Origin: Eledone cirrhosa | Taxonomy: Eukaryota | DNA length: 64,000 nucleotides | Reading direction: 5' to 3' | NCBI GenBank assembly: GCA_964016885.1 | Contig: OZ024742.1 | Location: 11,222,001-11,286,000 of the forward strand | Shown here: positions 1-20,700 of the stretch, piece by piece | How the letters are laid out: every line of letters begins with the position of its first letter | Numbering within the stretch: position 1 is the first letter of the stretch | Position numbers and translations under genes: made by a program | The notes under the pieces: generated by a model | What the model was told of the DNA's origin: nothing | Databases searched by the model: none | The model's input: the letters and a program-made list of their open reading frames with translations, nothing else

Positions 1-1020
1 ATGCATACATACACACACTCACATATATACTCATACACACATACACACACTCACACATACACACATACACACATACACTCATACACACACTCACACATAC
101 ACTCATACAATCATACACACATACACACATACACACATATACTCAAACATACATACATACATACATACACACACTCACACATATACTCATAAATACATAC
201 ACACACTCACACATATACTCATAAATACATACTCATAAATACATACACACATACACACATACACACACTTACACGTACACACATACACACACACTCACAC
301 ACATACACATATGCACACACTAACACACACACTCATACACTCATACACACATACACTCATACCCACATACACACATACACTCATACACACACTCACACAT
401 ACACACATACACACATACACTCATACAAACACTCACGCATACACTCATACACTCATACACACATACACACACTCACACATACACACATACACACATATAC
501 TCATACACACTCAGACACTCACACATATACTCATACATACATACACACATACACACACTCACACATATACTCAAACATACATACATACACACACTCACAC
601 ATATACTCATACATACATACACACATACACACATACACACACTCACACATATACTCAAACATACATACATACACACACTCACACATATATGCATACATAC
701 ATACATACACACATACACACACTCACACATACACACATACACATATACACACATACACACATAAACACATACACACATACACACACTGACACTCACACAC
801 TGACACACTCTTACATACACAGATACATACATACACATATACACACATACATACATACATACACACACTCACACATACACATGCACACACACACACATAA
901 ACACATACACACACTCGCACATACACACATACACACATACACACATGCACATACACACACTCACACATACACACAGACATACACACACTCACACATACAC
1001 ACATACACACATACACACAG
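1..1020. repeat. Degenerate CA-rich microsatellite (mixed CA, CATA, CACT units), truncated by window start
   Basis: Plus strand is almost entirely A/C/T in alternating CA/TA/CT dinucleotides with very few G. Local duplications are visible (tcaaacatac at 143, 571, 655). The GTCAC core of the adjacent satellite is absent. Confidence 0.95.
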
Positions 1021-2543
1021 ACACACACACACACACATATATAGTCACAGACATTTGACACTCAAACACACACACACATATATAGTCACAGACAAGTGAC
1101 ACACACACACATATATATAGTCACAGACAAGTGACACTCACACACACACATATATAGTCACAGACAAGTGACACACACACACACACACATATATAGTCAC
1201 AGACATGTGACACACACACACACAAATATATAGTCACAGACAAGTGGCACTCACACACACACACATAGTCACAGACAAGTGACACACACACACACACACA
1301 TACACATATATAGTCACAGACATGTGACACACACACACACACACACATACATAGTCAGAGATATGTGACACTCACACACACACACATATATATAGTCACA
1401 TACATAGTCAGACAAGTGACACACACACGTATATAGTCACAGACATGTGACACACACACACACACATATATAGTCACAGACATGTGACACACACACACAC
1501 ACACATATATAGTCACAGACATGTGACACACACACACACACACACATATATATAGTCACAGACAAGTGACATACACACACACATATATAGTCACAGACAT
1601 GTGACACACACACACACACATATATAGTCAGAGACAGGTGACACACACACACATATATAGTCACTGACAAGTGACACACACACACATATATAGTCACAGA
1701 CATGTGACACACACACACACATATATAGTCACAGACATGTGACACACACACACACACACACATACATAATCAGACAAGTGACACACACACATACACATAT
1801 ATAGTCACAGACATGTGGCACACACACACACACATATATAGTCACAGACAAGTGACACACACACACATATATAGTCACAGACATGTGACACACACACACA
1901 CACATACATAATAAGACAAGTGACACACACACACACACATATATAGTCACAGACAAATGACACACACACATATATAGTCACAGACATGTGACACACACAC
2001 ACATACATAGTCAGACAAGTGACACACACACACATATATATAGTCCCAGACAAGTTACACACACACACACAAATATAGTCACAGACAAGTGACACACACA
2101 CACACATATATAGTCACAGACAAGTGACACACACACACAGTCATATATAGTCACAGACATGTGACACTCACACACACACACACACATATATAGTCACAGA
2201 CAAGTGACACACACACACACAAATATATAGTCACAGACAAGTGACACATACATACACACATATATAGTCACAGACATGTGACACACACACACACATATAT
2301 AGTCACAGACAAGTGACACACACACACATATATAGTCACAGACAAGTGACACACACACACAAACACACACATATATAGTCACAGACATGTGACACACACA
2401 CACACAAATATATAGTCACAGACAAGTGGCACTCACACACACACACATAGTCACAGACAAGTGACACTCACACACACACACACATATAGTCACAGACATG
2501 TGACATTCACACACACACACACATATATAGTCACAGACATGTG

Positions 2544-2584
<41 letters not shown>

Positions 2585-2832
2585 GTCACAGACATGTGAC
2601 ACACACACACACACATATATAGTCACATACATAGTCAGACAAGTGACACACACACATATATAGCCAGAGACATGTGACACACACACACACACACATATAT
2701 AGTCACATACATGTGACACACACATACACACACACATATACAGCCACAGACATGTGACACCCACACACACACACATATATAGTCACAGACATGTGACACA
2801 CACACACACACACATATAGTCACAGACAGGTG

Positions 2833-2863
<31 letters not shown>

Positions 2864-5800
2864 GTCACAGACAAGTGATACACACACACACATATATAGC
2901 CACAGACATGTGACACACACACACACATATATATAGTTACAGACAAGTAACACACACACACACACACACATAGTCATACAAGTTACACACACACACACAC
3001 ATATATAGTCACAGACATGTGGCACACACACACACACATATATAGTCACAGACAAGTGACACACAGACACACACATATATAGTCACAGACATGTGACACA
3101 CACACATACACACATACATAATAAGACAAGTGACACACACACACACACACACATATATAGTCACAGACAAATGACACACACACACACACACATATATAGT
3201 CACAGACATGTGACACACACACACACACACACATACATAGTCAGACAAGTGACACACACAAACAAATATATAGTCACAGACATGTGACACACACACACAC
3301 ACATATATATAGTAACAGACAAGTGACACACACACACATATATAGTCACAGACAAGTGACACACACACAGAGATATATAGTCACAGACATGTGACACACA
3401 CACACACACATAGTCAGACATGTGACACTCATACACACATATATAGTCACAGACATGTGACACACACACACATATATATAGTCACAGACATGTGACACTC
3501 ACACACACACACATATATAGTCACAGACAAGTGACACACACACACACACATATATAGTCACAGACATGTGACACACATACACACACACATTTATATGGTC
3601 ACAGACGAGTGACACACACACACACATATATAGTCACAGACAAGTGACACACACACACACACATATATAGTCACAGACATGTGACACTCACACACACATA
3701 TATAGTCACAGACAAGTGACACTTACACACACACACACATATATAGTCACATAAATGTGACACACACACACACATATATAGTGACAGACATGTGACACAC
3801 ACACACATACATAGTCACAGACAAGTGACACACATACATATATATAGTCACAGACATGTGACACACACACACATATATAGTCACAGACAAGTGACACACA
3901 CACACACATATATAGTCACAGACATGTGACACACACACACATATATAGTCACAGACATGTGACACACACACAGACATATATGGTCACAGACAACTGACAT
4001 ACACACACACACATACATAGTCACAGACAAGTGACACACACACACACACACATATATAGTCACAGACAAGTGACACACACACACACACACACATATATAG
4101 TCACAGACAAGTGACACACACACACACACATACATAGTCAGACAAGTGACACACACACACACACATATATAGTCACAGACAAGTGACAGACACACACACA
4201 TATATAGTCACAGACAGGTGACACTCACACACACACATACATAGTCACAGACATGTGACACACACACACACACACACATATATAGTCACAGACATGTGAC
4301 ACACACACACACATATATAGTCTCAGACATGTGACACACACACACACATATATAGTCACAGACATGTGACACACACACACACGCATACATAGTCAGACAA
4401 GTGACACACACACACACACATATAGTCACTGACAAGTGACACACACACACACATATATAGTCACAGACAAGTGACACACACTCACACATATATAGTCACA
4501 GACATGTGACACACACTCACACACATATATAGTCACAGACATGTGACACACACGCACATACATAGTCACAGACAAGTGACACACACACACACACATATAT
4601 ATAGTCACAGACAAGTGACACACACACACACACACATATATAGTCACAGACATGTGACACACACACACAGACATATATAGTCACAGACAAGTGACACACA
4701 CACACACACATACATAGTCAGACAAGTGACACACACACACACACATATATAGTTACAGACAAGTGACACACACACACATATATAGTCACAGACATGTGAC
4801 ACTCACACACATACATAGTCAGACAAGTGACACACACACACACACATATATAGTCACAGACAAGTGACACACACACACACACATATATAGTCACAGACAT
4901 GTGACACACACACACAGACATATATAGTCACAGACAAGTGACACACACACACACACATACATAGTCAGACAAGTGACACACACACACACACACATATAGT
5001 CACAGACATGTGACACTCACACACATATAGTCACAGACAAGTGACACACACACATATATATAGTCACAGACAAGTGACACACACACGCACACACACACAT
5101 ATATAGTCACAGACATGTGACACACACACACACACACATATAGTCACAGACATGTGACACTCACACACACACATCTATAGTCACAGACATGTGACACACA
5201 CAAACATATATAGTCACAGACATGTGACACACACACACATACATAGTCAGACAAGTGACACACATACACACATACATAATCACAGACAAGTGACACACAC
5301 ACACACACACACATACATAGTCACAGACATGTGACACACACACACACACACATAAATAGTCACAGACAAGTGACACACATACACACACACACACATATAT
5401 AGTCACAGACATGTGACACACACAAACATATATCGTCACAGACAAGTGACACACACACACACATACATAGTCACAGACAAGTAACACACATACACACACA
5501 TATATAGTCACAGACATGTGACACACACACACATATATAGACACAGACATGTGACACACACGCACATACATAGTCACAGACAAGTGACACTAACACACAC
5601 ACACATATATATAGTCACAGACAAGTGACACACACACACACACACATATATAGTCACAGACATGTGACACACACACAGACATATATAGTCACGGACAAGT
5701 GACACACACACACACACATACATAGTCAGACAAGTGACACACACACACAGACATATATAGTCACGGACAAGTGACACACACACACACACATACATAGTCA

Positions 5801-8318
5801 GACAAGTGACACACACACACATATATAGTCACAGACAAGTGACACACACACACACATATATAGTCTCAGACATGTGACACTCACACACACACATACATAG
5901 TCAGACAAGTGACTCACACACACACACATATATAGTCACAGACATGTGACACACACACAGAGACATATATAGTCACAGACAAGTGACACACACACACACA
6001 CATACATAGTCAGACAAGTGACACACACACACACACATATATAGTCACAGACAAGTGACACACACACACACATATATATAGTCAAAGACAAGTGACACAC
6101 ACACAAACATATATATAGGCACAGACAAGTGACAAACACACGCACACACACATATATAGTCACAGACATGTGACACACACACACAGACATATATAGTCAC
6201 AGACAAGTGACACACACACACACACACACACATACATAGTCAGACAAGTGACACACACACACACATATATAGTCACAGACATGTGACACTCACACACATA
6301 TAGTCACAGACAAGTGACACACACACACACATATATATTCACAGACATGTGACACACACACACACATATAGTCACAGACAAGTGACACACACACACATAT
6401 ATAGTCACAGACATGTGACACTCACACACACACATCTATAGACACAGACATGTGACACACACAAACATATATAGTCACAGACATGTGACACACACACATA
6501 CATATTCAGACAAGTGACACACACACACACATACATAATCACAGACAAGTGACACACACACACACATATATATAGTCACAGACAAGTGACGCACACACAC
6601 ACACACATACATAGTCACAGACAAGTGACACACACACACACACATATATAGTCACAGACAAGTGACACACACACGCACACACACACATATATAGTCACAG
6701 ACATGTGATACACACACACACACACATCTATAGTCATAGACATGTGACACACACAAACATATATAGTCACAGACATGTGACACACACACACACATACATA
6801 GTCAGACAAGTGACACACACACACACATACATAGTCACAGACAAGTGACACACACACACACATATATATAGTCACAGACAGGTGACACTCACACACACAC
6901 ATACATAGTCACAGACATGTGATACACACACACATATATAGTCACAGACAAGTGACGCACACACACACACATATATAGTCACAGACATGTGACACACACA
7001 CACACACACATATATAGTCACAGACAAGGGACACACACACACATATATAGTCACAGACATGTGACACACACACACACATATATAGTCACAGACATGTGAC
7101 ACACACAAACATATATAGTCACAGACAAGTGACACACACACACACATACATAGTCACAGACAAGTAACACACACACACACACATATATAGTCACAGACAT
7201 GTGACACTCACACACACACACATATATAGTCACATACATAGTCAGACAAGTTACACACACACACACACATATATAGTCACAGACATGTGACACACACACA
7301 CACACATATATAGTCACAGACATGTGACACTCACACACACATATAGTCACAGACAAGTGACACACACACACACACACACATATATAGTCTCAGACATGTG
7401 ACACACACACACACATATATAGTCACAGGCAAGTGACACACACACACACATGTATAGTCACAGACAAGTGACACACACACACACACACTTATATAGTCAC
7501 AGTCAAGTGACACACACACACACATATATAGTCACAGACAAGTGACACACACATACATAGTCACAGACAAGTGACACACACACACACACATATAGTCACA
7601 GACATGTGTCACACACACACACATATATAGTCACAGACATGTGACACTCACACACACATATAGTCACAGACAAGTGACACACACACACACACACATATAT
7701 AGTCTCAGACATGTGACACACACACACACACATATATAGTCACAGACAAGTGACACACACACACACACATGTATAGTCACAGACAAGTGACACACACACA
7801 CATACATAGTCAGACAAGTGACACACACACACACATATATAGTGACCGACATGTGACACACACACATATATAGTCACAGACATGTGACAAACACACACAC
7901 ACGTATACATAGTCAGACAAGTGACACACACACACACATATATAGTCACAGACAAGTGACACACACACACTAATATATAGTCACAGACATGTGACGCACA
8001 CACACACACATACATAGTCACACATGTGACACACATACACACACATACATAGTCAGACAAGTGACACACACACACATATATAGTCACAGACATGTGACAC
8101 ACACACACACACACATACATAGTCACAGACACGTGACACACACACACACACATATATAGTCACAGACAAGTGACACACACACACACATATATAGTCACAG
8201 ACATGTGACACACACACACACACATACATAGTCACACATGTGACACACACACACACACATACATAGTCAGACAAGTGACACACACACACACACACACATA
8301 TATAGTCACAGACATCTG

Positions 8319-8351
<33 letters not shown>

Positions 8352-9634
8352 ATCACAGACAAGTGACGCACACACGCACACACACACATATATAGTCACA
8401 GACATGTGACACTCACACACACACACATATATAGTCACATACATAGTCACACATGTGACACACACACACACACATATATAGTCACAGACATGTGACACAC
8501 ACACACACATATATAGTCACAGACATGTGACACTCACACACACATATAGTCACAGACAAGTGATACACACACACATACATATATATTCACAGACATGTGA
8601 CTCACACACACACACATATATAGTCACAGACAAGTGACACACACACACACACATATATAGTCACAGACAAGTGACACACACACACATACATAGTCACAGA
8701 CAAGTGACACACACACACACATATAGTCACAGACAAGTGACACACACACATATATATAGTCACAGACAAGTAACACACACACACACACATATATATAGTC
8801 ACAGACATGTGACACACACACACACATATATAGTCACGGACATGTGACACACACACACACATACATAGTCAGACTTGTGACACACACACACATACATAGT
8901 CAGACAAGTGACACACACACACATATATAGTCACAGACATCTGACACACACACACACACATACATAATCACAGACATGTGACACACACACACACACACAT
9001 ATTATCACAGACAAGTGACACACACACACATATATAGTCACAGACATGTGACACTCACACACACACACATATATATTCACAGGCATGTGACACACACACA
9101 TATATAGTCACAGACATGTGACACACACACACACATATATATAGTCACAGACAAGTTACACACACACACACACACACACATACATATATATAGTCACAGA
9201 CATGTGACACACACACATATATATAGTCACAGACATGTGACACACACACACACACACACATATATATAGTCACAGACATGTGACACACACACACACACAT
9301 AGTCACAGACAAGTGACACTCACACACACACACATATATAGTCACATACATGTGACACACACACACACACACATATATAGTCACATACATGTGACACACA
9401 CACACACATATATAGTCACATACATGTGACACACACACACATATATAGTCACAGACAAATGACACACACACACATATATAGTCACAGGCATGTGACACAC
9501 ACACACACATATATAGTCTCAGACATGTGACACACACACATATATAGTCACAGACATGTGACACACACACACACACACATATATAGTCACAGACAAGTGA
9601 CACACACACACACATATATAGTCACAGATATGTG

Positions 9635-9665
<31 letters not shown>

Positions 9666-10382
9666 GTCAAAGACATGTGACACACACACACATATATAGT
9701 CACAGACAAATGACACACACACATATATAGTCACAGACACGTGACACACACACACACATATATAGTCTCAGACATGTGACACACACACATATATAGTCAC
9801 AGACATGTGACACACACACACACACACACACATATATAGTCACAGACAAGTGACACACACACACACATATATAGTCACAGACATGTGACACACACACACA
9901 GACATATATATTCACAGACATGTGACACTCACACACACACACACATATATAGTCACAGACAAGTGACACACACACACACATATATATAGTCACAGACAAG
10001 TGACACATACACACACACATATATAGTCACAGACATGTGACACACACACACACATATATAGTCACAGACAAGTGACACACACACACATATATAGTCACAG
10101 ACAAGTGACACCCACACACACACACACACATATATAGTCACAGACATGTGACACACACACACACAAATATATAGTCACAGACAAGTGACACTCACACACA
10201 CACACATAGTCACAAACAAGTGACACACACACACACACACATATATAGTCACAGACATGTGACACACACACACACACACACATACATAGACAGAGAAATG
10301 TGACACTCACACACACACACACATATAGTCACAGACATGTGACATTCACACACACACACACATATATAGTCACAGACATGTG

Positions 10383-10423
<41 letters not shown>

Positions 10424-10677
10424 GTCACAGGCATGTGACACACACACACACACATATATAGTCACATACATAGTCAGACAAGTGACACACACACATATAT
10501 AGCCAGAGACATGTGACACACACACACACACACACATATATAGTCACATACATGTGACACACACATACACACACACATATACAGCCACAGACATGTGACA
10601 CACACACACACACACATATATAGTCACAGACATGTGACACACACACACACACACACACATATAGTCACAGACAGGTG

Positions 10678-10710
<33 letters not shown>

Positions 10711-13700
10711 GTCACAGACAAGTGATACACACACACACATATATAGCCACATACATGTGACACACACACACACATATATATAGTTACAGACAAGTAACAC
10801 ACACACACACACACACATAGTCATACAAGTTACACACACACACACACATATATAGTCTCAGACATGTGGCACACACACACACACATATATAGTCACAGAC
10901 AAGTGACACACACACATACACACATACATAATAAGACAAGTGACACACACACACACACACATATATAGTCACAGACAAATGACACACACACACACACACA
11001 TATATAGTCACAGACATGTGACACACACACACACACACACACACATACATAGTCAGACAAGTGACACACACACACACATATATAGTCACAGACATGTGAC
11101 ACACACACACACACATATATATAGTCACAGAAAAGTGACACACACACACATATGTAGTCACAGACAAGTGACACACACACACAGAGATATATAGTCACAG
11201 ACATGTGACACACACACACACACATAGTCAGACATGTGACACTCATACACACATATATAGTCACAGACATGTGACACACACACACATATATATAGTCACA
11301 GACATGTGACACTCACACACACACACATATATAGTCACAGACAAGTGACACACACACACACACATATATAGTCACAGACATGTGACACACATACACACAC
11401 ACATTTATATGGTCACAGACAAGTGACACACACAACACACATATATAGTCACAGACAAGTGACACACACACACACACATATATAGTCACAGACATGTGAC
11501 ACTCACACACACATATATAGTCACAGACAAGTGACACTTACACACACACACATATATAGTCACATAAATGTGACACACACACACACATATATAGTGACAG
11601 ACATGTGACACACACACACATACATAGTCACAGACAAGTGACACACACACACACACATATATATAGTCACATACATGTGACACACACACACATATATAGT
11701 CACAGACAAGTGACACACACACACACACATATATAGTCACAGACATGTAACACACACACACATATATAGTCACAGACATGTGACACACACACAGACATAT
11801 ATAGTCACAGACAACTGACATACACACATATATAGTCACAGACAAGTGACACACACACACACACACACATATATAGTCACAGACAAGTGACACACACACA
11901 CACACATACATAGTCAGACAAGTGACACACACACACACACATATATAGTCACAGACAAGTGACAGACACACACACATATATAGTCACAGACAGGTGACAC
12001 TGACACACACACATACATAGTCACAGACATGTGACACACACACACACACACATATATAGTCACAGACATGTGACACACACACACACATATATAGTCTCAG
12101 ACATGTGACACACACACACACATATATAGTCACAGACATGTGACACACACACACACGCATACATAGTCAGACAATTGACACACACACACACATATAGTCA
12201 CAGACAAGTGACACACACACACACATATATAGTCACAGACAAGTGACACACACTCACACATATATAGTCACAGACATGTGACACACACTCACACACATAT
12301 ATAGTCACAGACATGTGACACACACGCACATACATAGTCACAGACAAGTGACACACACACACACACATATATATAGTCACAGACAAGTGACACACACACA
12401 CACACACATATATAGTCACAGACATGTGACACACACACACAGACATATATAGTCACAGACAAGTGACACACACACACACACATACATAGTCAGACAAGTG
12501 ACACACACACACACACATATATAGTTACAGACAAGTGACACACACACACATATATAGTCACAGACATGTGACACTCACACACATACATAGTCAGACAAGT
12601 GACACACACACACACACATATATAGTCACAGACAAGTGACACACACACACACACATATATAGTCACAGACATGTGACACACACACACAGACATATATAGT
12701 CACAGACAAGTGACACACACACACACACATACATAGTCAGACAAGTGACACACACACACACACACATATAGTCACTGACATGTGACACTCACACACATAT
12801 AGTCACAGACAAGTGACACACACACATATATATAGTCACAGACAAGTGACACACACACGCACACACACACATATATAGTCACAGACATGTGACACACACA
12901 CACACACATATATAGTCACAGACAAGTGACACACACACACATATATAGTCACAGACATGTGACACTCACACACACACATCTATAGTCACAGACATGTGAC
13001 ACACACAAACATATATAGTCACAGACATGTGACACACACACACATACATAGTCAGACAAGTGACACACATACACACATACATAATCACAGACAAGTGACA
13101 CACACACACACACATACATAGTCACAGACATGTGACACACACACACACACATAAATAGTCACAGACAAGTGACACACACACACACATACATAGTCACAGA
13201 CAAGTAACACACACACACACACATATATAGTCACAGACATGTGACACACACAAACATATATCGTCACAGACAAGTGACACACACACACACATACATAGTC
13301 ACAGACAAGTAACACACACACACACACATGTATAGTCACAGACATGTGACACACACACACACATATGTAGTCACAGACATGTGACACTCACACACACATA
13401 TAGTCACAGAAAAGTGACACACACACACACATATATAGTCACAGACATGTGACACACACACACGCATACATAGTCAGACAAGCGACACACACACACACAC
13501 ATATATAGTCACAGACAATTGACACACACACACACATATATAGTCACAGACAAGTGACACACACACACATATATAGTCACAGACATGTGACACACACACA
13601 CATATATAGTCACAGACATGTGACACACACGCACATACATAGTCACAGACAAGTGACACTAACACACACACACATATATATATAGTCACAGACAAGTGAC

Positions 13701-16700
13701 ACACACACACACACACATATATAGTCACAGACATGTGACACACACACAGACATATATAGTCACGGACAAGTGACACACACACACACACATACATAGTCAG
13801 ACAAGTGACACACACACACACACATATATAGTCACAGACAAGTGACACACACACACACATATATAGTCTCAGACATGTGACACTCACACACACACATACA
13901 TAGTCAGACAAGTGACTCACACACACACACACATATATAGTCACAGACAAGTGACACACACACACACATATATATAGGCACAGACAAGTGACACACACAC
14001 AAACATATATATAGGCACAGACAAGTGACAAACACACGCACACACACACATATATATTCACAGACATGTGACACACACACACACACACATATAGTCACAG
14101 ACAAGTGACACACACACACAGACATATATAGTCACAGACAAGTGACACACACACACACACACATACATAGTCAGACAAGTGACACACACACACACACATA
14201 TATAGTCACAGACATGTGACACTCACACACATATAGTCACAGACAAGTGACACACACACACACACACATATATATTCACAGACATGTGACACACACACAC
14301 ACACATATAGTCACAGACAAGTGACACACACACACATATATAGTCACAGACATGTGACACTCACACACACACATCTATAGACACAGACATGTGACACACA
14401 CAAACATATATAGTCACAGACATGTGACACACAGACACACATACATAGTCAGACAAGTGACACACACACACACATACATAGTCACAGACAAGTGACACAC
14501 ACACACACATATATATAGTCACAGACAGGTGACACTCACACACACACATACATAGTCACAGACATGTGATACACACATACATATATAGTCACAGACAAGT
14601 GACGCACACACACACACATATATAGTCACAGACATGTGACACACACACACACACATATATAGTCACAGACAAGTGACACACACACACATATATAGTCACA
14701 GACATGTGACACACACACACACATATATAGTCACAGACATGTGACACACACAAACATATATAGTCACAGACAAGTGACACACACACACACATACATAGTC
14801 ACAGACAAGTAACACACACACACACACACATATATAGTCACAGACATGTGACACTCACACACACACACATATATAGTCACATACATAGTCAGACAAGTGA
14901 CACACACACACACACATATATAGTCACAGACATGTGACACACACACACACACATATATAGTCACAGACATGTGACACTCACACACACATATAGGCACAGA
15001 CAAGTGACACACACACACACATATATAGTCTCAGACTTGTGACACACACACACACACATATATAGTCACAGACAAGTGACACACACACACACATGTATAG
15101 TCACAGACAAGTGACACACACACACACACACACTTATATAGTCACAGTCAAGTGACACACACACACACATATATAGTCACAGACAAGTGACACACACATA
15201 CATAGTCACAGACAAGTGACACACACACACACACATATAGTCACAGACATGTGACACACACACACACATATATAGTCACAGACATGTGACACTCACACAC
15301 ACATATAGTCACAGACAAGTGACACACACACACACACACATATAGTCACAGACATGTGACACACACACACACATATATAGTCACAGACATGTGACACTCA
15401 CACACACATATAGTCACAGACAAGTGACACACACACACACACACATATATAGTCACAGACAAGTGACACACACACACTAATATATAGTCACAGACATGTG
15501 ACACACACACACACACATACATAGTCACACATGTGACACACACACACACACATACATAGTCAGACAAGTGACACACACACACACATATATAGTCACAGAC
15601 ATGTGACACACACACACACACATATATAGTCACAGACATTTGACACACACACACAGACATATATAGTCACAGACAAGTGACACACACACACACACATACA
15701 TAGTCAGACAAGTGACACACACACACACACATATATAGTTACAGACAAGTGACACACACACACATATATAGTCACAGACATGTGACACTCACACACATAC
15801 ATAGTCAGACAAGTGACACACACACACACACACACATATATAGTCACAGACAAGTGACACACACACACACACATACATAGTCACAGACATGTGACACTCA
15901 CACACACACATCTATAGTCACAGACATGTGACACACACAAACATATATAGTCACAGACATGTGACACACACACACATACATAGTCAGACAAGTGACACAC
16001 ATACACACACACATATAGTCACAGACATGTGACACTCACACACATATAGTCACAGACAAGTGACACACACACATATATATAGTCACAGACAAGTGACACA
16101 CACACGCACACACACACATATATAGTCACAGACATGTGACACACACACACACACATATATAGTCACAGACATGTGACACTCACACACACACATCTATAGT
16201 CACAGACATGTGACACACACAAACATATATAGTCACAGACATGTGACACACACACACATACATAGTCAGACAAGTGACACACATACACACATACATAATC
16301 ACAGACAAGTGACACACACACACACACACACATACATAGTCACAGACATGTGACACACACACACACACACATAAATAGTCACAGACAAGTGACACACATA
16401 CACACACACACACATATATAGTCACAGACATGTGACACACACAAACATATATCGTCACAGACAAGTGACACACACATACACATACATAGTCACAGACAAG
16501 TAACACACACACACACACATATATAGTCACAGACATGTGACACACACACACATATATAGTCACAGACATGTGACACACACGCACATACATAGTCACAGAC
16601 GAGTGACACTAACACACACACACATATATATAGTCACAGACAAGTGACACACACACACACACACATATATAGTCACAGACAAGTGACACACACACACACA

Positions 16701-17423
16701 TATATAGTCACATACATGTGACACACACACACATATATAGTCACAGACAAATGACACACACACATATATAGTCACAGACACGTGACACACACACACATAT
16801 ATATAGTCTCAGACATGTGACACACACACATATATAGTCACAGACATGTGACACACACACACACACACACACATATATAGTCACAGACAAGTGACACACA
16901 CACACACATATATAGTCACAGACATGTGACACACACACACAGACATATATATTCACAGACATGTGACACTCACACACACACACACATATATAGTCACAGA
17001 CAAGTGACACACACACACACATATATATAGTCACAGACAAGTGACACATACACACACACATATATAGTCACAGACATGTGACACACACACACACATATAT
17101 AGTCACAGACAAGTGACACACACACACATATATAGTCACAGACAAGTGACACCCACACACACACACACACATATATAGTCACAGACATGTGACACACACA
17201 CACACAAATATATAGTCACAGACAAGTGACACTCACACACACACACATAGTCACAGACAAGTGACACACACACACACACACATATATAGTCACAGACATG
17301 TGACACACACACAAACACACACATACATAGACAGAGATATGTGACACTCACACACACACACACATATAGTCACAGACATGTGACATTCACACACACACAC
17401 ACATATATAGTCACAGACATGTG

Positions 17424-17464
<41 letters not shown>

Positions 17465-17717
17465 GTCACAGACATGTGACACACACACACACACATATAT
17501 AGTCACATACATAGTCAGACAAGTGACACACACACATATATAGCCAGAGACATGTGACACACACACACACACACACATATATAGTCACATACATGTGACA
17601 CACACATACACACACAAATATACAGCCACAGACATGTGACACACACACACACACACATATATAGTAACAGACATGTGACACACACACACACACACACACA
17701 TATAGTCACAGACAGGT

Positions 17718-17755
<38 letters not shown>

Positions 17756-20700
17756 GTCACAGACAAGTGATACACACACACACATATATAGCCACAGACA
17801 TGTGACACACACACACACATATATATAGTTACAGACAAGTAACACACACACACACACACACATATATAGTCACAGACATGTGGCACACACACACACACAT
17901 ATATAGTCACAGACAAGTGACACACACACACACACATATATAGTCACAGACATGACACACACACATACACACATACATAATAAGACAAGTGACACACACA
18001 CACACACACACATATATAGTCACAGACAAATGACACACACACACACACACATATATAGTCACAGACATGTGACACACACACACACACACACATACATAGT
18101 CAGACAAGTGACACACACACACACATATATAGTCACAGACATGTGACACACACACACACACATATATATAGTCACAGAAAAGTGACACACACACACATAT
18201 GTAGTCACAGACAAGTGACACACACACACACAAAGATATATAGTCACAGACATGTGACACACACACACACACATAGTCAGACATGTGACACTCATACACA
18301 CATATATAGTCACAGACATGTGACACACACACACATATATATAGTCACAGACATGTGACACTCACACACACACACATATATAGTCACAGACAAGTGACAC
18401 ACACACACACACATATATAGTCACAGACATGTGACACACATACACACACACATTTATATGGTCACAGACAAGTGACACACACAACACACATATATAGTCA
18501 CAGACAAGTGACACACACACACACACATATATAGTCACAGACATGTGACACTCACACACACATATATAGTCACAGACAAGTGACACTTACACACACACAC
18601 ATATATAGTCACATAAATGTGACACACACACACACATATATAGTGACAGACATGTGACACACACACACATACATAGTCACAGACAAGTGACACACACACA
18701 CACACATATATATAGTCACAGACATGTGACACACACACACATATATAGTCACAGACAAGTGACACACACACACACACATATATAGTCACAGACATGTAAC
18801 ACACACACACATATATAGTCACAGACATGTGACACACACACAGACATATATAGTCACAGACAACTGACATACACACACACACATACATAGTCACAGACAA
18901 GTGACACACACACACACACACATATATAGTCACAGACAAGTGACACACACACACACATATATAGTCACAGACAAGTGACACACACACACACACATACATA
19001 GTCAGACAAGTGACACACACACACACACATATATAGTCACAGACAAGTGACAGACACACACACATATATAGTCACAGACAGGTGACACTCACACACACAC
19101 ATACATAGTCACAGACATGTGACACACACACACACACACACATATATAGTCACAGACATGTGACACACACACACATATATAGTCTCAGACATGTGACACA
19201 CACACACACATATATAGTCACAGACATGTGACACACACACACACGCATACATAGTCAGACAATTGACACACACACACACACACATATAGTCACAGACAAG
19301 TGACACACACACACACATATATAGTCACAGACAAGTGACACACACTCACACATATATAGTCACAGACATGTGACACACACTCACACACATATATAGTCAC
19401 AGACATGTGACACACACGCACATACATAGTCACAGACAAGTGACACACACACACACATATATATAGTCACAGACAAGTGACACACACACACACACACATA
19501 TATAGTCACAGACATGTGACATACACACACAGACATATATAGTCACAGACAAGTGACACACACACACACACATACATAGTCAGACAAGTGACACACACAC
19601 ACACACATATATAGTTACAGACAAGTGACACACACACACATATATAGTCACAGACATGTGACACTCACACACATACATAGTCAGACAAGTGACACACACA
19701 CACACACATATATAGTCACAGACAAGTGACACACACACACACACACACATATATAGTCACAGACATGTGACACACACACACAGACATATATAGTCACAGA
19801 CAAGTGACACACACACACACACATACATAGTCAGACAAGTGACACACACACACACACACATATAGTCACTGACATGTGACACTCACACACATATAGTCAC
19901 AGACAAGTGACACACACACATATATATAGTCACAGACAAGTGACACACACACGCACACACACACATATATAGTCACAGACATGTGACACACACACACACA
20001 CACATATAGTCACAGACAAGTGACACACACACACATATATAGTCACAGACATGTGACACTCACACACACACATCTATAGTCACAGACATGTGACACACAC
20101 AAACATATATAGTCACAGACATGTGACACACACACACATACATAGTCAGACAAGTGACACACATACACACATACATAATCACAGACAAGTGACACACACA
20201 CACACACATACATAGTCACAGACATGTGACACACACACACACACATAAATAGTCACAGACAAGTGACACACATACACACACACACACATATATAGTCACA
20301 GACATGTGACACACACAAACATATATCGTCACAGACAAGTGACACACACACACACATACATAGTCACAGACAAGTAACACACACACACACACATATATAG
20401 TCACAGACATGTGACACACACACAAACATATATCGTCACAGACAAGTGACACACACACACACATACATAGTCACAGACAAGTAACACACACACACACACA
20501 TGTATAGTCACAGACATGTGACACACACACACACATATGTAGTCACAGACATGTGACACTCACACACACATATAGTCACAGAAAAGTGACACACACACAC
20601 ACATATATAGTCACAGACATGTGACACACACACACGCATACATAGTCAGACAAGCGACACACACACACACACATATATAGTCACAGACAATTGACACACA

